From NCBI GenBank assembly GCA_036149055.1, contig JAYZQJ010000221.1, positions 1 to 12,608 of the forward strand: DNA of 12,608 nt. The letters run 5' to 3'. Position numbers and translations under genes: made by a program. This document shows, one piece after another, positions 7,323 to 12,608 of the stretch. This DNA comes from Myxococcota bacterium. Its GTDB lineage: Bacteria > Myxococcota_A > Polyangia > Polyangiales > Sandaracinaceae. Within the stretch, counting starts at the first letter, position 1. Every line of letters begins with the position of its first letter. A model generated the notes under the pieces. It was not told the origin of the DNA and searched no databases. It was given only the letters and a program-made list of their open reading frames with translations.

Positions 7323-7934
7323 CTACCGCCAGCGACCTTGCCACTGGCAGGTCGCGTCGCCGCGGTGGACGCAGGCGACGTGCTCGATCTGCACGCCTTC
7401 GCCGCCCGACAGCGTGATCGCCGACTCGATCCAGCCGGCGATGCCGTACTGGCAGAGGTAGAGCGGGTAGACGGCGTCGCCGATCGTCACCGTCGCGCGA
7501 CCGCGCCCGTCGAGCGTGGTCTTCGCCCAGCCCGGCCGGAGGTACTGACGGTAGGCCACGCCGATGCTCTTCAGCACGAAGCCCGGCGTGCCGATGCGGT
7601 AGAGCGCGCGGTAGAGGGACGGGAGGTCGTAGGCGGCGATGGTCGCGCCGAAGGGCTGCATCAGCCGCATGTCTCCGCGCATCGCGATCTCGACGATGCG
7701 CTGATCGATCTCGACCATCTCGACGAGCGGGTACCAGCTCACCGGCATCGGCTCGCCCTCGAGGTGCCTGCGCGCCTCCGGGGCCGTGCCCTCGGCGACG
7801 CGTCGGAGCATCTCCTCACCCCACGTCTCGCGCACGTACCGCGGACGCGCGGCCATCAGAGAGCCCTTTACCCGCTGCTCCCGCATCGGCGCGAGCAGGG
7901 ACTCGTCACCCAGCACTTCATGAGTGATCGACAC
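7323..7934 (-). CDS. Myxobacterial DUF2378/TIGR02265-like protein with V4R-like C-terminus
   Basis: VKGS...YVRETWGEE, SWYPL and C-terminal EHVACVHRGDATC pattern. GTG 7934 has TGcTAGGGT 8 nt upstream; ATG 7886 is an alternative start. Confidence 0.7.
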   Translation of the reverse strand: MSITHEVLGDESLLAPMREQRVKGSLMAARPRYVRETWGEEMLRRVAEGTAPEARRHLEGEPMPVSWYPLVEMVEIDQRIVEIAMRGDMRLMQPFGATIAAYDLPSLYRALYRIGTPGFVLKSIGVAYRQYLRPGWAKTTLDGRGRATVTIGDAVYPLYLCQYGIAGWIESAITLSGGEGVQIEHVACVHRGDATCQWQGRWR

Positions 7935-7990
7935 CGTCGAGGACCCTAGCAGGCGTTCACCGGCGCGGCCGGCCGTGTTACCAATGGACC

Positions 7991-8872
7991 GTGGGGAGGA
8001 TCTTGCTGCTCCTGACGGTGCTGTGGATCCCTGCGCTCGCCGAGGCGCAGACGGAGCCCGAGTGGCAGCGCGGCGTGGAGCTGCGACGGCAGGGCCAGGA
8101 CGCGGCCGCGCTCGAGGTCTTCGCGGCGCTGCACGCCCGGACGGCTTCGCCGGCGAGCCTCGCGCAGGTGGCGCTGGCGGAGCAGGCGCTCGGACGCTGG
8201 GGCGCGGCGGCGCTGCACCTCGACGCGGCCCTCGCGCGACCGGACGCCTGGGTGACCGAGCGCCGCGGCGCGCTGGCGCAGGCGCGGGACGAGATCACGC
8301 GTCACGTCGGCCAGCTCGAGGTGCTCGTGAGCCGCGCGGGCCTGACGGTGGAGGTCGACGGAACGGCGGTGGGCACCTCCCCGCTCCCGGGCCCGGTGCC
8401 GGCGACCGAGGGCACGGTGGTGGTGCGCCTGCGCGAGGCCGGCCGCGTCGTGGGGGAGCGCCGGGTGACGGTGCAGCCGGGGGCGCTGTCGCGGGCGAGC
8501 CTCGAGGTCGGCGCCGGCGTGAGCGCCTCGGGCGGCGGCGCGCTCGGCGTCGTCGGCGGGGTGTCGCTCGGCGTGGGCGGCGGCGCGCTGGTCGGTGTGG
8601 CGGTCGCGTGGGCGCTCCGCGAGTCGCACGTGCAGCGCTGGAACTCCGACGAGTGCTGGCCGGCGGGCGCGACGCGCATGGAGGCCTGCCCGGGCGAGCC
8701 CGACGCGTGGAGCGCGGCGGAGACGGCGGCGATCGTGCTGGGCGCGGCCGGCGGCGCGCTGCTGGTCGCGGGCGCGGTGCTGCTCATCGTCGACGCGAGC
8801 GGCGGGGGCGGCGAGACCGCGCTCGCCTGCGCGCCCGGGCTGCTGGGCGTCAGCTGTCAGGGGCGCTTCTGA
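7991..8872 (+). CDS. Secreted TPR + PEGA-like domain protein with hydrophobic C-terminal region
   Basis: Signal peptide ending AEA-Q; TPR-like helices (WQRGVELRRQG...ALAEQALGRW); PEGA-like VEVDGTAVGTSPLPGPV; two Gly-rich hydrophobic segments; ends GVSCQGRF. Confidence 0.8.
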   Translation: MGRILLLLTVLWIPALAEAQTEPEWQRGVELRRQGQDAAALEVFAALHARTASPASLAQVALAEQALGRWGAAALHLDAALARPDAWVTERRGALAQARDEITRHVGQLEVLVSRAGLTVEVDGTAVGTSPLPGPVPATEGTVVVRLREAGRVVGERRVTVQPGALSRASLEVGAGVSASGGGALGVVGGVSLGVGGGALVGVAVAWALRESHVQRWNSDECWPAGATRMEACPGEPDAWSAAETAAIVLGAAGGALLVAGAVLLIVDASGGGGETALACAPGLLGVSCQGRF

Positions 8873-10092
8873 TGCGGGCGCGGTGCCTCGCCCTCTGCGC
8901 GCTCCTGGTCGCCTGCACCGAGCCGCTCCCCGGCGACGTGAGAAACGGAGAGGACGCGGCGGCGCCCGACGCGGGCGTGGACGACGGCGGGCGCGGCGAA
9001 GACGGCGGCCTCGAGCGCGACGGCGGGCTCCCGCTGGACGACGGCGGCTCCGACGGCGGCGGCTCCGACGGCGGCGCCCCCTTCACGATCCGGGCGATCG
9101 ACGTCGGGACCGGCTCGACGCACACCTGCGCGGTGACGACCACCAACACCGTCGTCTGCTGGGGCGCGAACGACCGAGGGCAGCTCGGGCGCGCCGAGGG
9201 CGATCGCGCGCCCGGCGTGGTCGAGGGCGTGTCGGCCACCTCGGTGTGCGCGGGCGACGGCTTCACCTGCGCGCTGACCACCGCCGGCGAGGTCGCCTGC
9301 TGGGGAGTGAACAATCGCGGGCAGCTCGGGCGCGGCGTCATGGGCGAGCCGGACTCCACGCGTCTCGTCATCGGTCTCTCGGGCGTGCGCGGCATCACCT
9401 GCGGGTCGCACCACGCCTGCGCGCTCGACGGCGACACCGTCGACTGCTGGGGGAGCAACGCCACCGGCCAGCTCGGCACCGGCGGCTCCACGGCCGCGGA
9501 TCCGTGGCCCCGGACCGCGGTGAGCTCCGCCGGCAGCGACTTCACCCTCGAAGCCGGCGCCCGGCACACGTGCTTCAGCGATCTCATTCGCGGCTCGGGG
9601 CGCACCGCCTGCTGGGGCGACAACGGGGCCGGGCAGATCGAGGAGGGCGGGAACTCCGAGTACCGCGCCGGCCTCGAGCTCAACCGCGTCTTCATCTCCG
9701 AGATGGCGCTCGGCGAGCGGCACACCTGCTTCATGACGACGGCGGGCTTCACCTGTCGCGGCTCGGACGCGCAGCAGACCGCGGTGCCCACCGCGATCGG
9801 CGGCGGGGTGGACGTGGCGGCGGCGGGGCTCTCGGCGTCGTGCGGCGGGAGCGGCGCGGACGTGGTCTGCTGGGGCGACAACGACGAATGGCAGCTCGGC
9901 ACGTCGGCGAGCGGCGCGACCCAGGCGACCGTCACCCTCCCGTCCGACGTCCGGGCGCTCGACGGCGGCGCCGGGCAGTTCTGCGCGATCGACCGCGAGC
10001 AGCGCGTGTGGTGCTGGGGGGCGAACGGCTTCGGTCAAGCGCGACCCGGCGACCCCGCCGCGCAGGTCGACCCTGCCATGCTCGGCCTGTGA
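8872..10092 (+). CDS. RCC1-repeat beta-propeller lipoprotein, 406 aa
   Basis: MRARCLALCALLVAC lipobox, DGG-rich linker, repeated HTCA...CWGxNxxGQLG units. TGATG overlap with the upstream gene. Confidence 0.9.
   Translation: MRARCLALCALLVACTEPLPGDVRNGEDAAAPDAGVDDGGRGEDGGLERDGGLPLDDGGSDGGGSDGGAPFTIRAIDVGTGSTHTCAVTTTNTVVCWGANDRGQLGRAEGDRAPGVVEGVSATSVCAGDGFTCALTTAGEVACWGVNNRGQLGRGVMGEPDSTRLVIGLSGVRGITCGSHHACALDGDTVDCWGSNATGQLGTGGSTAADPWPRTAVSSAGSDFTLEAGARHTCFSDLIRGSGRTACWGDNGAGQIEEGGNSEYRAGLELNRVFISEMALGERHTCFMTTAGFTCRGSDAQQTAVPTAIGGGVDVAAAGLSASCGGSGADVVCWGDNDEWQLGTSASGATQATVTLPSDVRALDGGAGQFCAIDREQRVWCWGANGFGQARPGDPAAQVDPAMLGL
9040..9075 (+). repeat. Short coding tandem repeat (GACGGCGGC[GGC]TCC) in the Asp/Gly linker
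   Basis: Encodes DGGS-DGGGS-DGG. Confidence 0.6.
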
Positions 10093-11654
10093 TGGAGCCG
10101 CCCGACACCCTCGAGCATCGACAGCTGGCTCCGGGCGTCCGGGCGGGCAGCTATCTCGTCGAGAAGATCCTCGGCGCGGGAGGCATGGGCCACGTGTTCG
10201 CCGCGCGCCACGTGGGGCTCGACAAGCCGGTGGTGCTCAAGGCGCTGCATCCCGCGCTCTCGTCTCGACAAGACGCCGTGACGCGGTTCGTACGCGAGGG
10301 GCGGGCGGCGTCGAAGATCCGCCACCCGCACGTCGTCGACGTGACCGACGTCGGGACGCACGAGGGCGTGCCGTTCCTGGTGATGGAGTACCTCGAGGGA
10401 GAGGATCTCCATCATCGCCTGCACGCCACCGGGCCGATGTCTCCGAGCGAGATCGCGCGGATCATGCTGCCGGTCTGCGACGCGGTCGCGCACGCGCACG
10501 ACGCGGGCGTCATTCACCGCGATCTCAAGCCGTCGAACATCTTCCTCGCCGCCGCGCCGAACGGCCGCGAGGTGCCCAAGGTCCTCGACTTCGGCATCGC
10601 GCGCATCGTCGACACCCAGCTCGACCGGGTCACGGTCACCCACGCCGCCTCGTTCCTCGGGACGCCGTTCTACGTCGCGCCCGAGCAGGCGCAGTCGGGT
10701 CGCGACGCCGACGCGCGGAGCGACCAGTTCTCGCTCGGCGTGATCCTCTACCAGCTCGCGACGGGACGGACGCCGGTCGAGGGGGGCACGCCCTTCGAGG
10801 TGATCTGCGCGATCATCCAGGGGATCAGCATCCCCATCCAGACTCACCTCCCGAACGTGGATCCACGGCTCGCCGCCATCGTCGAGCGCGCGATGGCCTT
10901 CGCGCCGGACCAGCGCTACCCGGACGTGCGCGCCCTCGGCCGGGACCTGCTCCAGCTCGCCGATCCCGCGGTGCGCGCGCAGTCGGCTGGCGTGTTCGGC
11001 GCCGACCCGATCGCCACGCCCGCCCCCGCGGCGCCTGACACCTCTCCCGACGCCTTCGCGCCGACGATGGTGCCCGCGTCGGTTCAGCCGGCGCTGACGC
11101 CCGCGCCTCCGCCTGCTCCGGTCGTCACCCCGGCCTTCACTCGCCCTGCGCCGGTGAAGCGCGCGCGGGCGCTGCCGTGGCTGGCGCTCTCGCTGGGGCT
11201 GGTGCTGCTGCTCGGAGGTGGAGTCGCCGCGTGGTGGGTCGTCTCGCGGGCGCCGGGCTCACCGGTCCAGGCGGAGGCGCCTTCGCCTGCGCCGCGCGAT
11301 GCGGTCCACTCGGAGCCGGCGGCCGCCGAATCGGAGCTGGCCGAGCCGGAGCCGCCCGAGCGGGAGCCGGCCGAGCCGGAGCCGGCCGAGCGGGAGCCGG
11401 CCGAGCCGGAGCTGGCCGAGTCGGAGGGGGTGCGGGAGCCCGAGCCTCCCGAGGTCGCGTCTCCGGAGCCGGCGCCTCCGGAGCCGCGCGCGCGACCGAC
11501 TCGCGTCATGCGGCGCGCTCCGACGCCGTCGGGGTCGCGGGCCACGCCTCCGACGCCGCGCAGCCTCCCGCGCGCGCTGCCCGCGCCGCGCCCGCGACCG
11601 ACGCCGCGCCCTCCGCCTCGGGTCGGCGCCAACAACGCGCCCATCCTGGACTGA
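10092..11654 (+). CDS. Membrane Ser/Thr protein kinase with Pro/Glu-rich periplasmic tail, 520 aa
   Basis: GAGGMG, VVLK, HRDLKPSN, DFG, GTPFYVAPE. TM WLALSLGLVLLLGGGVAAWWVV. Ends GANNAPILD. TGATG overlap with the RCC1 gene. Confidence 0.93.
   Translation: MEPPDTLEHRQLAPGVRAGSYLVEKILGAGGMGHVFAARHVGLDKPVVLKALHPALSSRQDAVTRFVREGRAASKIRHPHVVDVTDVGTHEGVPFLVMEYLEGEDLHHRLHATGPMSPSEIARIMLPVCDAVAHAHDAGVIHRDLKPSNIFLAAAPNGREVPKVLDFGIARIVDTQLDRVTVTHAASFLGTPFYVAPEQAQSGRDADARSDQFSLGVILYQLATGRTPVEGGTPFEVICAIIQGISIPIQTHLPNVDPRLAAIVERAMAFAPDQRYPDVRALGRDLLQLADPAVRAQSAGVFGADPIATPAPAAPDTSPDAFAPTMVPASVQPALTPAPPPAPVVTPAFTRPAPVKRARALPWLALSLGLVLLLGGGVAAWWVVSRAPGSPVQAEAPSPAPRDAVHSEPAAAESELAEPEPPEREPAEPEPAEREPAEPELAESEGVREPEPPEVASPEPAPPEPRARPTRVMRRAPTPSGSRATPPTPRSLPRALPAPRPRPTPRPPPRVGANNAPILD
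11334..11423 (+). repeat. Coding tandem repeat, 6 x 15 bp
   Basis: Units near GAGCCGGCCGAGCCG/CGG encoding ELAEP-EPPER-EPAEP-EPAER-EPAEP-ELAES. Confidence 0.85.
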
Positions 11655-11701
11655 CGCACTACGACCTGTCGCGCGTTTGTGTTCTCTGCGGACGGATCTA
11701 C

Positions 11702-11855
11702 GTCTTCTGGGCCGACCCGAGCTTGAGGTCGGGGCGCGAAAGCGTTACACCGAATGAACAGGCGTGTGCGCAACCGTCGTGCTCTGAACGACGCGCATCG
11801 CCAACCGAAGACCAGTGGGAGCGGCGCCGATGGAACGCGCCAATCGTTCTCCCAC
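11702..11855 (+). promoter_or_regulatory. Candidate structured 5' leader RNA of infC
   Basis: Pairings 11702-11710/11805-11812, 11712-11717/11727-11732, GCGC-GAAA-GCGT (11734-11745), 11761-11780/11788-11802 and 11815-11821/11849-11855. Confidence 0.4.
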
Positions 11856-11871
11856 GCCAACAAGGAGATAC

Positions 11872-12408
11872 ATGGGTAGAAGATTTCGTGGGGCCGTCCG
11901 ACCGAACAAGCCCGAACACCGCGTCAATCACAGAATTCGCTTCCCTCAGATCCGAGTCGTCGATCCCGATGGATCCGTCCTCGGCGTCATGAGCCCCGAA
12001 GAAGGCCGCGCGAAGGCTCGAGAGTATGGTCTCGACCTCGTGGAGATGGCGCCCAACGCGCGCCCCCCGGTCTGCCGGATCATGGACTACGGGAAGTTCA
12101 AGTACGAGCAGAGCAAGGCCAAGTCGGCGAAGAAGAACGACGGCCCGCAGCTCAAGACCGTGCAGATGCGTCCCAAGACCGACACGCACGATCTCGAGAC
12201 CAAGCTCAACCGCGCCCGCCGCTTCCTGGAGCGCGGCGACAAGGTCAAGCTCGTGATGCGGCTCCGCGGACGAGAGCGCGGCTACCCGCAGCGCTGGGTG
12301 CAGATGATGCACGAGCACGTGCAGGAGCACCTGAGCGACGTCGCCGACGTGGCGTCGAGGCCGGCCCAGCAGGGCCGCATGATCTCGATGCTGCTCGAGC
12401 CGAGCTGA
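11872..12408 (+). CDS. infC: Translation initiation factor IF-3, stand-alone copy, 178 aa
   Basis: RVNHRIR...IRVVD, GLDLVEM, PPVCRIMDYGKFKYE, FLERGDKVK, RGRE motifs. AAGGAG SD 4 nt upstream of ATG 11872. Confidence 0.95.
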   Translation: MGRRFRGAVRPNKPEHRVNHRIRFPQIRVVDPDGSVLGVMSPEEGRAKAREYGLDLVEMAPNARPPVCRIMDYGKFKYEQSKAKSAKKNDGPQLKTVQMRPKTDTHDLETKLNRARRFLERGDKVKLVMRLRGRERGYPQRWVQMMHEHVQEHLSDVADVASRPAQQGRMISMLLEPS

Positions 12409-12419
12409 CCTTCTAGGGC

Positions 12420-12608
12420 AGGGGCGGGTCCGCCCCCGCCCCCCCGCTGCGGCGGCACAACGATGTTCGCTCCGGGCTGCGCCCTCCGCAAACATCGCTG
12501 CGCCTCCTCCGCGGGGCCCCCCCACCCACTCCGGGACCTCGCTCCGCTCGGCCCCGACCCCAGCGCGGGGCGCTGGGTCCCCTGCGGCTCGCGCTCGCGC
12601 TGCGCGCG
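12420..12608. repeat. Cluster of GC-rich imperfect palindromes (REP-like or terminator region)
   Basis: Long imperfect stem 12442-12467/12491-12516 (CGATGTT/AACATCG core), stem 12556-12579, CGCTCCGCTCG-type motifs. Confidence 0.5.

Noticed and set aside
5256..7949. 897-aa plus-strand ORF and other long antisense ORFs (3654-4805, 8850-9935, 8857-10038, 10035-10847)
   Set aside because: Shadow frames of real genes caused by high GC3 codon bias; no domain motifs.
7924..10091. Long N-terminal extensions of the RCC1 (722 aa) and kinase (1019 aa) ORFs
   Set aside because: Arg/Gly-rich off-frame readings of upstream genes. True starts at the TGATG overlaps 8872 and 10092 (lipobox and kinase domain follow directly).
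11831..11847. Sigma-54 promoter at TGGAACG upstream of infC
   Set aside because: The -12 GC element is missing at the required spacing.
11815..11871. Upstream GTG start for IF3 (197 aa)
   Set aside because: No SD, and it lies in a hairpin. AAGGAG positions ATG 11872 as the start.

Overview
Very GC-rich bacterial DNA whose gene content (two Hanks-type Ser/Thr kinases, TPR/PEGA protein, RCC1-repeat lipoprotein, DUF2378/V4R-like protein) points to a myxobacterium (inference). Gene order: VOC protein (-), GNAT (+), HTH-citrate synthase fusion (-), SAM methyltransferase (+), cupin (+), stand-alone divergent EF-Tu (+), SH3b-bearing kinase (-), V4R-like protein (-), TPR/PEGA - RCC1 lipoprotein - kinase operon (+), stand-alone IF3 (+). 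Strongest leads: (1) the EF-Tu paralog is substituted at kirromycin-, GE2270A- and pulvomycin-contact residues and is preceded by a promoter, a 25-codon uORF and mutually exclusive terminator/antiterminator stems, suggesting a ribosome-stalling-induced rescue EF-Tu; (2) a 42-bp inverted repeat with a 27-bp perfect core brackets exactly the VOC+GNAT gene pair, like a REP/REPIN-type cargo cassette; (3) an orphan ATG-start infC behind a multi-stem leader; (4) a putative trans-envelope TPR/PEGA-lipoprotein-kinase signalling module. All alignments and base pairings were done by eye.
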